Origin: Promethearchaeum syntrophicum
GTDB lineage: Archaea; Asgardarchaeota; Lokiarchaeia; Sigyniarchaeales; Promethearchaeaceae
Reading direction: 5' to 3'
Length of the DNA: 32,000 bases
NCBI RefSeq assembly: GCF_008000775.2
Contig: NZ_CP042905.2
Span: forward strand, 900,001 to 932,000
The notes under the pieces were generated by a model. That model did no database searches and was not told the origin of the DNA. It worked only from the letters and a program-made list of their open reading frames with translations. Positions within the stretch are counted from its first letter, which is position 1. Each line of letters begins with the position of its first letter. Below, in pieces: positions 9,710 through 18,100 of this stretch. Made by a program: the position numbers and the translations under genes.

Positions 9710-10903
9710 ATGCCTCGCTCTCACAACCCTGATGTTCCGATAATTCGAACGCGTTTTCAGACAATTATAATCTGGTTACTAGAGTTTTTCATAACCGCAA
9801 TGCTATATTATTTTTCAACAAGGGATATAAAAGCATTCAATTATATTACTATTTACTCGGTCAATCCTGCGATAGTTATCAATTCATTCCCAATGCATTT
9901 TTGGATTTCAATTTTATTCATTCAAATCTTAGCAAGGCTTTTTAAGCGATCTGCAGTTCTTTTGGGCGCTCTAAGCATTGAATTTTTAATTGAGTATATG
10001 AAATCTACTCCCATACAACCCGTTTTAATTGGTTTTATAATTTGGACTTCAATTTTTGAGAGTTTTATGTCGTATAAAGGTGGAGAATATTATTCTAGGC
10101 AAAAGATACTCAAGCAAATTGGGTATAATGTTTTGTATATTTTTCTTTATCTACCAATTATATATTTTGGTTATGTTTTCACTTTTAGTTTCACAGAAGA
10201 ATTAAGTGAATCGACAGCTCGAACTTTCGTTGCTATGAATTTCCTTGTAAATATGCTTTTTTTAGTTATTCCCCTATGGGTTAATTTCTTTATTCTCGAT
10301 CGATTTCTGGTTCCGTATTTCCCACTCTTAGAAGAGGAAGAAAAAATCATATCACAAAATATAAGCAAATATAGTGATGATGGGGAAGCATATGATGATT
10401 TTATTCCTAAACCTGGAGAATTTTATAGTCAATTATTCACTCATCATTCATTAGAAGAAGACGATCATACAATTATTGTCCTAATTGGAAAAGTTCGATT
10501 CTATCTTTGTACTCGATGCACAGCAATGATTCTTGGGATATTAATAACGATTTTCCTAAGTAGCATAGCCCTATATGAATTTAATTTACCATTTTCTCCA
10601 AAATTGGCCCTTTATTTGATAATATTTCTTCCAATTTTTCCACTAACAGATTGGGGATTACAAGCCGTCCTTATTAGAAAAGCAACTACTATTAGTCGAT
10701 TGATTACGGGGTTTATATTAGGAATTTCCATGCAGATGATTGCATTTATTAGTGATGAATACGTTGTGCTAGAAATAATTATTGTATTATCTTATTTTAT
10801 AATTTTTGGAGTTCTCTTCTATTTTCGAGTTAAAGTCCGCAAAAAACAATATGACAAAGAAGCGCTTAGCGAATTTATTGCAGAAAATTCAAATCCCGTT
10901 TGA
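9710..10903 (+). CDS. Multi-pass membrane protein with C-terminal DUF2085-like domain
   Basis: Many TM segments; FYLCTRCTAMILGILITI ... FPLTDWGLQAVLIRKATTISRLITGFILG is typical of DUF2085. Confidence 0.75.
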   Translation: MPRSHNPDVPIIRTRFQTIIIWLLEFFITAMLYYFSTRDIKAFNYITIYSVNPAIVINSFPMHFWISILFIQILARLFKRSAVLLGALSIEFLIEYMKSTPIQPVLIGFIIWTSIFESFMSYKGGEYYSRQKILKQIGYNVLYIFLYLPIIYFGYVFTFSFTEELSESTARTFVAMNFLVNMLFLVIPLWVNFFILDRFLVPYFPLLEEEEKIISQNISKYSDDGEAYDDFIPKPGEFYSQLFTHHSLEEDDHTIIVLIGKVRFYLCTRCTAMILGILITIFLSSIALYEFNLPFSPKLALYLIIFLPIFPLTDWGLQAVLIRKATTISRLITGFILGISMQMIAFISDEYVVLEIIIVLSYFIIFGVLFYFRVKVRKKQYDKEALSEFIAENSNPV

Positions 10904-11584
10904 TCTTTTTTCCTTTATCTCCTTTATCCTAGCTGAGTATTTTCGATCTGAAGGATGATTTTCCTTTTTTTCATTAAAATTTTTTCCCAATCCAATCTCA
11001 TCTTCATCAAGAACAGACATAACTAGCCCTCTTTTCGCCAACATTCGGAAATATCGTATAGTTGCTTCCTCGATAAATTCTTCAATCTTAATCCTCGTTT
11101 CTGGATTTCCATCCGTGGCATTTATCTCTAAAATGTCATTTATATTTAATATTTTTTTTATTTCTGCACCCGAAAGTCGACCAGGTAAATCCTGCATGTT
11201 GGCAATAATAAAAATAATCATTTTTCGTTTAATTCGGGGCCAAATTTTGAAAGATTGCTTTATAGCATTTACATCTTCGAGTGTTGAATCGGAGACAATT
11301 AATAAAATATTTGTGGGCACTAAGAGTTTACGTAAATGTTTTGCCCGAAGATCCTTCCATCTCATTTCTAATTTAGGATCGGTGAGAAAAACCATTGTAT
11401 GTTCCCACCTTCGTCGTAAAACCCAACACCGAGCATAATAAGTTCGAAAATCGTATGATAAATTCCCCCCCTCTTTCAAGAATTTTTTTTCAGCAAAAAG
11501 CTCGAATATAGTTGTTTTTCCGCACCCAACTTTACCAAATAAATCAATAGTAACATATTTCGGTGTAGAAAAATACTTTGGCAT
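10889..11584 (-). CDS. Arf-like/Ras-superfamily small GTPase with atypical switch II
   Basis: G1 GKVGCGKTT; G4 ANMQDLPGRLSGAEIKKIL (Arf-like ANKQDLPxA...AEI with K to M); G5-like NATDG; canonical DxGGQ replaced by LTDPKLEMRW. Confidence 0.75.
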   Translation of the reverse strand: MPKYFSTPKYVTIDLFGKVGCGKTTIFELFAEKKFLKEGGNLSYDFRTYYARCWVLRRRWEHTMVFLTDPKLEMRWKDLRAKHLRKLLVPTNILLIVSDSTLEDVNAIKQSFKIWPRIKRKMIIFIIANMQDLPGRLSGAEIKKILNINDILEINATDGNPETRIKIEEFIEEATIRYFRMLAKRGLVMSVLDEDEIGLGKNFNEKKENHPSDRKYSARIKEIKEKRSNGI

Positions 11585-11653
11585 AGGAAATATATAAATG
11601 AATACTATTAAATTTCTTTGGAAAATCAGTTTGATTTTGATGCGATAATAGTA

Positions 11654-13060
11654 TCAGAATTTACTGTGGTTTTTTTTTAGTTCTTTCTCGGAAAGAGTTT
11701 TTCGTACTCTTTTCTTTATTTGAGCGGTCATCCAATCATAAGAACCAATTTGTCCGAATTTACTCCAAATTTTTAAAATAAAAAACCATAAAATGACAAT
11801 AATCATACTATAACAAACTACCAATGCCATATTTTGAGCCCAACCAGGAAAAACTTTGTCCAGAATTAGGAGTTTTATTACAGATCCAAAAAAACTTTCC
11901 AATAAATACATAGTAAGTGAGAATTTACCAAAAAGTTGTAGGAAGGTCATCCTTTCTTTCTTCTTTTTCAACTTATAATCTAATTTATTTGTGTTCCTTT
12001 TATCTTTCTTTGAAATTTCAGAATAAACCAACATTGTTACAATTAAAATCATGATTCCTATTTGGAGATGAGTTGTTTGAATTGGTAAAGTTCTTAAAAT
12101 ATGCTCAACTGGCGGTTCTCCGAAGATTATATATCCTATTGTTCCTAAAATAATGTAAATTGATGAGACAATGATTCCAACCAATAAAAAAATATTTTTT
12201 GGAACTTTTCCTTTAATTTCAATTCCAATTGCTACTCCGTACAGAGCAAAACCCAGAAAAGGCATCATTGGATCCGAGTCTCCGACTAAAATACCAACTA
12301 ATATAATTTTCCCGTAATTTTCATCTATTAATGCCTGAACCCAAATAGGTCTTAAAATATCAATTAGGAATGGTGAAATTACTATTATAAATGTCGCTAA
12401 AATTCCCACTATAAGTAGGTTTCTATGAATTCTCTTATAACCTTCATTATGGAATAAAATTACAAGTAAAACACTATAAAACATTAGCGATAAACCCATC
12501 ATTGATAAAGCTCCACTTGAAAAAAAAGTAGGATACAAAGGAAATGGATGAAATACACCAGTTTCTAGATATCCTAATATATAAGAATAATATGTAGGAC
12601 CCGTATCAAAATCATAAATTCCTCCTCCTGTAACTGGCCGATCTAAAAAACGATAAACGACCCTCTCTAAAATTATGAACCATAAACCTACAATGAATGA
12701 TTCCATTATTGTTTTCTTCCCGTTTGTGGTTCCTTTTGAATATCTACTGTAAATACTCATTGAGTTTGATATTCCGGATATAAATACAAATATACCCGCC
12801 ATTCTCGCCATAAATTCGATCACTTTTGCAACTGGATTTTCAGTCAATGCAGATGCAACGCCCAATAGATCCATCTCTAAAAGTTGAAAACCGTGAAAAA
12901 GAACCATACAAAATATTGCAAATCCCCTAAGAGAATCAAGACTTTTCAATCTTCTTGAATGTTTCAATACTTTTTTGTCTATAGAATTTGTAATTATTTG
13001 GTATGTAGATTGTTGAATTATTATCACGATCCATGAAGAAATTATTGGCCATTTTAACAA
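11654..13060 (-). CDS. Heparan-alpha-glucosaminide N-acetyltransferase-like / DUF1624/DUF418-type membrane protein
   Basis: RRLKSLDSLRGFAIFCMVLFHGFQLL N-terminal motif and ~10 TM segments. The listed start is a TTG and may be wrong. Confidence 0.7.
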   Translation of the reverse strand: MLKWPIISSWIVIIIQQSTYQIITNSIDKKVLKHSRRLKSLDSLRGFAIFCMVLFHGFQLLEMDLLGVASALTENPVAKVIEFMARMAGIFVFISGISNSMSIYSRYSKGTTNGKKTIMESFIVGLWFIILERVVYRFLDRPVTGGGIYDFDTGPTYYSYILGYLETGVFHPFPLYPTFFSSGALSMMGLSLMFYSVLLVILFHNEGYKRIHRNLLIVGILATFIIVISPFLIDILRPIWVQALIDENYGKIILVGILVGDSDPMMPFLGFALYGVAIGIEIKGKVPKNIFLLVGIIVSSIYIILGTIGYIIFGEPPVEHILRTLPIQTTHLQIGIMILIVTMLVYSEISKKDKRNTNKLDYKLKKKKERMTFLQLFGKFSLTMYLLESFFGSVIKLLILDKVFPGWAQNMALVVCYSMIIVILWFFILKIWSKFGQIGSYDWMTAQIKKRVRKTLSEKELKKNHSKF

Positions 13061-13278
13061 TGAGAGCGAAATCTATTTAAGCTAAATATATAGAGTTCCC
13101 GGTAATTCTACATAAAGAATTTGTGAAAAAATCCATTTTGTTGATTTCAAATTTTTTGAATATTCGATAGCACACGAAATTAATGTTTGAGATTTAACGT
13201 TAAATTTGAAATATCTTATAATTTCGGATCAAAGAAAATTTAGATGTAATTTATGAATAAAATAGAGAATATGACAAG

Positions 13279-13304
13279 CCAGAATTCGATTTCGTGTCGC
13301 TAAA
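13279..13304 (-). repeat. Degenerate fragment of tRNA-Asp 3' portion (copy f1)
   Basis: + strand ccagaattcgatttcgtgtcgctaaa aligns ungapped to tRNA-Asp 16053..16078 ccggaattcgaatccgagtcgctgga with 6/26 mismatches. Confidence 0.5.
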
Positions 13305-13417
13305 GAAATTCATAATTTAGAAAAGATCGAGATTTGTTAGAGATAAATCCTTTTAAGGTTAACAAAAATATTCCTTTAGAACAAAAATATATATAATATA
13401 CAAAACCATAGTTAAAT

Positions 13418-14038
13418 ATGGTTAGTAAAAAGGATTTTTTTACCTATACCAAAATTATTTTTATATTAACAATATGTTTTGGTCTTATCGGAAACTATAT
13501 CTATGTTGAGAATTTTAAACCTCTTATAAGTAATTACAATTATCATGATGAGCCAATTAATTCTTTGTTTCATAAGCAATACGATGATTTTGTATTAGAA
13601 GGTGGTCATGAATATATTTTCTACTTTTTTTTAGAAGGACCCCATGATGTCTATCTTAATATAAATATGATATTTGAAACCATGGATAATATTACAATCT
13701 CTTATGGTACAGGCGTAAATGAATCCTGGTTGGAGTACTGGGGGGAAGATAGAATTTATACAGAACCATTATATATTCCCCAAAACGAAACAATTTTTAT
13801 TTCGGTACAAATGACAGCTCCCGGCACTAGTTATGGTAGTTCTCATTGGCAAATGCTTGTTTATCAAGATTTACCCATGTGGTTAACCAAACCTATACCC
13901 ATAATTGTTTTCTTTACTATCCTCTTGCTCGTAATTTGGGCGATTGCATATGAAAAATATGAAAAAATCTTTACCGATATTAAAAACCAAAAAAGAAAAT
14001 TAGTAGAAAAAACGGAGGAAGTAAGAAATGTCGAATGA
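13418..14038 (+). CDS. Membrane protein A, copy 1 (N-terminal TM, extracytoplasmic domain, C-terminal TM)
   Basis: MVSKKDFFTYTKIIFILTICFGLIGNYIYVENFKPLISNYNYHDEP...; a close paralog is at 14863..15483. Extra-membrane ~100 aa between two TM segments. Confidence 0.75.
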   Translation: MVSKKDFFTYTKIIFILTICFGLIGNYIYVENFKPLISNYNYHDEPINSLFHKQYDDFVLEGGHEYIFYFFLEGPHDVYLNINMIFETMDNITISYGTGVNESWLEYWGEDRIYTEPLYIPQNETIFISVQMTAPGTSYGSSHWQMLVYQDLPMWLTKPIPIIVFFTILLLVIWAIAYEKYEKIFTDIKNQKRKLVEKTEEVRNVE

Positions 14039-14468
14039 AAATAAGGAAGAAAATTTTATATCAATGTCCGGTTCCAGTAAAATAAAGATAAAGCATATGA
14101 TTTCCCACCCAAATTTCTTTTCCGATTTTAGACAAACACCAATGAATTGGTTTTTGATAATTTTAAGTCTATTAATTTTGATCTTCGTAATGATAACTGA
14201 TCATTGGTATTTCATGATAGGAATACCTATTTTTATTGTGCTATTTATTTTTCTAATCATCTCCCAAGGAGAGTGGCAAAGGTTCAAAGTATATTATCCA
14301 ATATTAGATGTGGCTTTCTATGGATTAAACATTGCCGGTTTTATAATTCTATGCTTTTACAATATTTTCTTTTCTCTATCCGTTTTATTTTTGATATTGA
14401 TGTTTAGAATATATCTCGTCAATCGAGAAAAAAGAATAGCAACAGCTATGAAAGGGTTATATCCATGA
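14028..14468 (+). CDS. Membrane protein B, copy 1 (cytosolic N-terminus, ~4 TM)
   Basis: Overlaps gene A by 11 bp; GGAGG ahead of the ATG (cggaggaagtaagaaATG); paralog at 15473..15913. Confidence 0.75.
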   Translation: MSNENKEENFISMSGSSKIKIKHMISHPNFFSDFRQTPMNWFLIILSLLILIFVMITDHWYFMIGIPIFIVLFIFLIISQGEWQRFKVYYPILDVAFYGLNIAGFIILCFYNIFFSLSVLFLILMFRIYLVNREKRIATAMKGLYP

Positions 14469-14723
14469 AGAATTTCTTACAGAAATTACTTACCCTTTAA
14501 AGAATGAGAGTAAAATCTATTTATGCTAAATATATAGAGTTTTCAGTAAATCTACATAAAAGATTTAATAAAAATTTTATTTTGTTGATTTCAAATTTCA
14601 TTGAACATTCGATAACACACGAAATTAACGTTTGAAATTTAACGTTAAATTCGAAATGTTTTATAATCACGGATTGTGGAAAATTTAGATGGAATTTATG
14701 AATAAAATAGAGAATATGACAAA

Positions 14724-14749
14724 CCAGATTTCGATTCCGAGTCGCTGGA
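14724..14749 (-). repeat. Degenerate fragment of tRNA-Asp 3' portion (copy f2)
   Basis: + strand ccagatttcgattccgagtcgctgga matches tRNA-Asp 16053..16078 with 3/26 mismatches, including a 13-nt exact block ccgagtcgctgga. Confidence 0.65.
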
Positions 14750-14862
14750 AAAACCCTTAATTTAGAAAAGGTAGAGATTTTTTAAAGATAAATCCATTTT
14801 AAGGTTAAAAAATAATTACTTCAAACCAAAAACCTAAATTAAATACAAAACCTTAGATATAT

Positions 14863-15483
14863 ATGGTTAGTAAAAAGGATTTTTTTGCTTATGCCAAAAA
14901 CATTTTTATATTAACAATTTGTTTTGGGCTTATAGGAAACTATATCTACGTTGAGAATTTTGAAACCCTTATAAGTAATTATAATTATCATGATGAGCCA
15001 CTGAATTCTTTGTTTCATTGGAATTACAACAATTTCGAATTAGAAGGTGGTCATGAATATAGATTCTTCTTTTTTTTTGAAGGACCGCAAGATGCCTATC
15101 TTCATATAGATATGATATTTGAAACCATGGACAATATAACATTCTCATACAATACAGGTGCAAATGAAACTTGGTTTGGGCAATGGGGGGAAAATACAAT
15201 TTATACAGAACCAATATACATTCCCCAAAATGAAACAATTTCTATTTCGGTAAACATAAATCCGGGCAGCATTAGTTCTAGTACTCTTCATTGGCAAATG
15301 CTGGTTTATCAAGATTTACCTATGTGGTTAACCAAACCCTTACCCATAATTGCTTTCTTTACTATTCTCCTGCTCGTAATTTGGGTGATTGCATATGAAC
15401 ACTATGAAAAAATCTTTACAAATATTAAAAACCAAAAAATAAAATTGATCGAAGAAACGGAGGAAGTTACAAATGTCGTATGA
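14863..15483 (+). CDS. Membrane protein A, copy 2
   Basis: Paralog of 13418..14038; shares MVSKKDFF, IFILTICFGLIGNYIYVENF, NYNYHDEP and HWQMLVYQDLPMWLTKP. Confidence 0.75.
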   Translation: MVSKKDFFAYAKNIFILTICFGLIGNYIYVENFETLISNYNYHDEPLNSLFHWNYNNFELEGGHEYRFFFFFEGPQDAYLHIDMIFETMDNITFSYNTGANETWFGQWGENTIYTEPIYIPQNETISISVNINPGSISSSTLHWQMLVYQDLPMWLTKPLPIIAFFTILLLVIWVIAYEHYEKIFTNIKNQKIKLIEETEEVTNVV

Positions 15484-15913
15484 AAATAAGGAAGAAAGTA
15501 CTATATCAATACACGGTACCAGTAAAATTAAGATAAAACATTTGGTTACTCATCCATATTTCTTTTCTGATTTTAGACAAACACCAATAAATTGGGTTTT
15601 GATAATTTTAAGTGTAGTAAGTTTGATCTTTGTATTTAATACTGATCGGTGGTATTTTTTGATAGGAATTCCTATTTTTATTGCACTGTTTATTTTTCTA
15701 ATTCTCTTCCAAGGAGAGTGGCAAAGGTTTAATGTATATTATCCAATATTAGATGTGGTTTTCTATGGATTTATTATAGTCGATTTTATTATTCTATGTT
15801 TTTTTAATATTTTCTTTTCTCTATCCGTTATATTTTTGATACTGAAATTTAAAAATTATCTCGTCGATCGAGAAAACCGAATAGCATCTGCAATGAAAGG
15901 GCTATATTCTTAA
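15473..15913 (+). CDS. Membrane protein B, copy 2
   Basis: Paralog of 14028..14468; same 11-bp overlap with gene A and the same GGAGG upstream of ATG. Confidence 0.75.
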   Translation: MSYENKEESTISIHGTSKIKIKHLVTHPYFFSDFRQTPINWVLIILSVVSLIFVFNTDRWYFLIGIPIFIALFIFLILFQGEWQRFNVYYPILDVVFYGFIIVDFIILCFFNIFFSLSVIFLILKFKNYLVDRENRIASAMKGLYS

Positions 15914-16041
15914 TTAATTCATAAGGTGACAAGATAGTCTAAAAAATATTGATCTTTTTTTTAATTTATTATAATTTTCTTCTAATTTACGTGATATTTT
16001 AATAAAACAGAGTCATATTAAATGAAATAAAATAAAGAAAA

Positions 16042-16147
16042 TGGCGCCCCGACCGGAATTCGAATCCGAGTCGCTGGAGAGCTGCTGAATACTTGAAAAC
16101 AAGCATACATTGACAGTCCAACATGCTTACCACTACACTATCGGGGC
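16042..16147 (-). tRNA. tRNA-Asp (GTC anticodon) with intron and encoded CCA
   Basis: Reverse complement GCCCCGA.TA.GTGT.AGTGGTAA.GCAT.G.TTGGA.CTGTCA[31-nt intron]C.TCCAG.CGAC.TCGGA.TTCGAAT.TCCGG.TCGGGGC.G.CCA: 7-bp acceptor stem, D-arm, 5-bp anticodon stem, T-arm; anticodon at 16112..16114; intron 16080..16110. Confidence 0.95.
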
Positions 16148-16286
16148 TTTTAAGAATATTTGAGTTTACTAAAAAATCTTAATCTAAAAAAGGTAGACCT
16201 AAATTAAAAATTTTTGATACTATACTTTATCAACTACATTCATAATCGAGAATTTTTAAAATTATTCAAGATTACTGAGAGTATTA

Positions 16287-16943
16287 ATGAATAAGGAAAT
16301 ATGCATTATTTGGGATTGGAATGGCACATTAATTGATGATGTACACACCTCACTTGAGTGTATAAATATCATTTTAAAGAAACATCAATTAGCAACAATA
16401 AATCGAGAAAATTATCAACAAATTTTTACGTTTCCAGTTGAGCAGTACTATAGAAAGCTTGGGTTTGATTTTACAAAAATTTCTTTTGCGAAATTAGCGG
16501 ATGAATTTATCCATGAGTATAAAAAAAGAATGTTGGATGCGAAATTATATCCCAATGTGAAAGATGTTTTGGAACACCTGCAACAAATGGGTGTAAAACA
16601 ATTTGTAATTTCAGCTATGGAAATTGGAAAACTCAAGCTATGTATCGAAAATAAAGGTATATCACATTATTTTGAAGACATTTTGGGGTTGAATAATAAT
16701 TATGCTAATGGCAAAATGAGTTTAGTAAAAGAGTTCGCGAGACAAAGAAAGGATTTATTATATTCGAGTAATATTTGGATGATCGGCGATACTGAACATG
16801 ATTTTTACATAGCTAGTGAATTAAAATGGAATTCTATCCTGGTTTCCCAAGGCCATCACAGTTATTCAAGATTGAGTGCTGTTGGTAATATTGTGCTGAG
16901 AAATTTAAATGATATCAAGAAAATCTTTTCAAACATAATATAA
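16287..16943 (+). CDS. HAD-superfamily hydrolase (phosphoglycolate phosphatase-like)
   Basis: ICIIWDWNGTLIDD motif I, FVISAMEIGKL region, IWMIGDTEHDFYIASELKWNSILVSQG motif IV. Confidence 0.88.
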   Translation: MNKEICIIWDWNGTLIDDVHTSLECINIILKKHQLATINRENYQQIFTFPVEQYYRKLGFDFTKISFAKLADEFIHEYKKRMLDAKLYPNVKDVLEHLQQMGVKQFVISAMEIGKLKLCIENKGISHYFEDILGLNNNYANGKMSLVKEFARQRKDLLYSSNIWMIGDTEHDFYIASELKWNSILVSQGHHSYSRLSAVGNIVLRNLNDIKKIFSNII

Positions 16944-17120
16944 TAAGAATGTATATAAGAATAATTATATGCAAGGTTCACCGGATGAGTTATTAATGAA
17001 GGTAAAATACGAGAGAGATCTCTGATTACACTCATAAATGTTGTGGATATAACTTAAATCGAATCGAAAAAGAGGGTTTTTAATTTATCCAAATCAGCAA
17101 TAGTACTAGTAATTTTAAAC

Positions 17121-17204
17121 TTAGTCTGTTAAGTATTCCTTGTGTTTTAATGCCCAGTGTAGCATTTTTTCTTCAATCTGAGCAATTTCTTCGTCTGTTA
17201 TCAT
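17121..17204 (-). CDS. Putative 27-aa microprotein MITDEEIAQIEEKMLHWALKHKEYLTD
   Basis: ATG...TAA small ORF on the minus strand, absent from the ORF track, with a strong Shine-Dalgarno-like AAGGTGAT 6 nt upstream of the ATG. Confidence 0.45.
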   Translation of the reverse strand: MITDEEIAQIEEKMLHWALKHKEYLTD

Positions 17205-17379
17205 AAATTAATCACCTTAAGCATGTGTCTTATATTTCTATAAAAAAGGCTATTTTTTTTTTTAAATAAAATCTATAGCTATTTTCTATAACGCTTACTA
17301 AGGCTTTGTGTTACATGTTCAAAAAATTTTTCGAATACAATTATTTGTTGGTGAGAAAAATGGGATTAAATTTTTTTAT

Positions 17380-18075
17380 TTATTCTATCTTATATCCACT
17401 CTTTTCCCAAGCGTCTCTCATAATTGGGTTCTTTTTAAGAAATTCATCAACAATATCTTTAGGAACACTATTAAATGGGCATGAAAAATTAATACAAACG
17501 GTGCAGATTTGGGTTTTAAGAACAATTAGCCAAATCACGAACCCCAAAGCTGAAATTCCTAGAAGTAAAAATTGTTGACCAATAATTAAAAATACATAAG
17601 GAATAACACCTATTAATAATACTCCAAAAATAAATTGTATCTGTTCAGATTTGTTCATAGGATGTGGTTTAAAGGATGCTGTTCGAATAAAACCACCATT
17701 TGCATAGCAATGAAGAATTTTTGTTCCCCCTTCTGCATAATATGGACAATGGCTGCATAGCATTTGTGGCTCCCAAATTAAAAAGAAAATAACCAAATAG
17801 ACAATCCAAGATACCAGACCCAAATAAAAAAGCAAGGATTCAACACCCAATTTGAAAATTCCAATAATTGCAGGAATGAAAAATATAAAGAAAGTCCCCC
17901 CAAACATAGCTGAGTATTTTAGATCTAAATGGCATTGAAGTTTTTTGTTAATTGAACAATCCTCACATATTTTATTATCTGCCCAAATGCATATATTACA
18001 GGGATTTTTCTCAGAATCCATTATTTTTTTTTTTTCTTCCTTTTTTATATTTTGATTTTGCTCCAATTTACTCAC
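17380..18075 (-). CDS. Cysteine-rich membrane protein
   Basis: CNICIWADNKICEDCSINKKLQC, CSHCPYY and CTVCINFSCPF cysteine clusters interleaved with ~4 TM segments. Confidence 0.65.
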   Translation of the reverse strand: MSKLEQNQNIKKEEKKKIMDSEKNPCNICIWADNKICEDCSINKKLQCHLDLKYSAMFGGTFFIFFIPAIIGIFKLGVESLLFYLGLVSWIVYLVIFFLIWEPQMLCSHCPYYAEGGTKILHCYANGGFIRTASFKPHPMNKSEQIQFIFGVLLIGVIPYVFLIIGQQFLLLGISALGFVIWLIVLKTQICTVCINFSCPFNSVPKDIVDEFLKKNPIMRDAWEKSGYKIE

Positions 18076-18100
18076 CTATATATTAGCTCAAGGATTAAAA

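Larger units (their letters stand above)
13059..14470. repeat. Tandem repeat unit 1 (~1.4 kb): leader plus two-gene membrane module
   Basis: Leader 'aatgagagcgaaatctatttaagctaaatatatagagttcc...' and both ORFs recur ~1,445 bp downstream in the same order and orientation; boundaries approximate. Confidence 0.85.
14504..15913. repeat. Tandem repeat unit 2 (~1.4 kb): leader plus two-gene membrane module
   Basis: Begins 'aatgagagtaaaatctatttatgctaaatatatagag...' and mirrors unit 1 through both genes; the similarity ends at the stop of gene B. Confidence 0.85.

Noticed and set aside
11115-11438. 107-aa plus-strand ORF antisense to the Arf-like GTPase
   Set aside because: Shadow ORF of a supported CDS.
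13264-15913. Possibility that the duplicated cassettes are a classical integrated plasmid or virus
   Set aside because: No integrase, replication or capsid genes between the tRNA-derived repeats; only the two membrane-gene pairs are present, so this cannot be asserted.
17306-17578. 90-aa plus-strand ORF overlapping the 3' end of the Cys-rich membrane gene
   Set aside because: Mostly AT-rich sequence and antisense to a better-supported gene.
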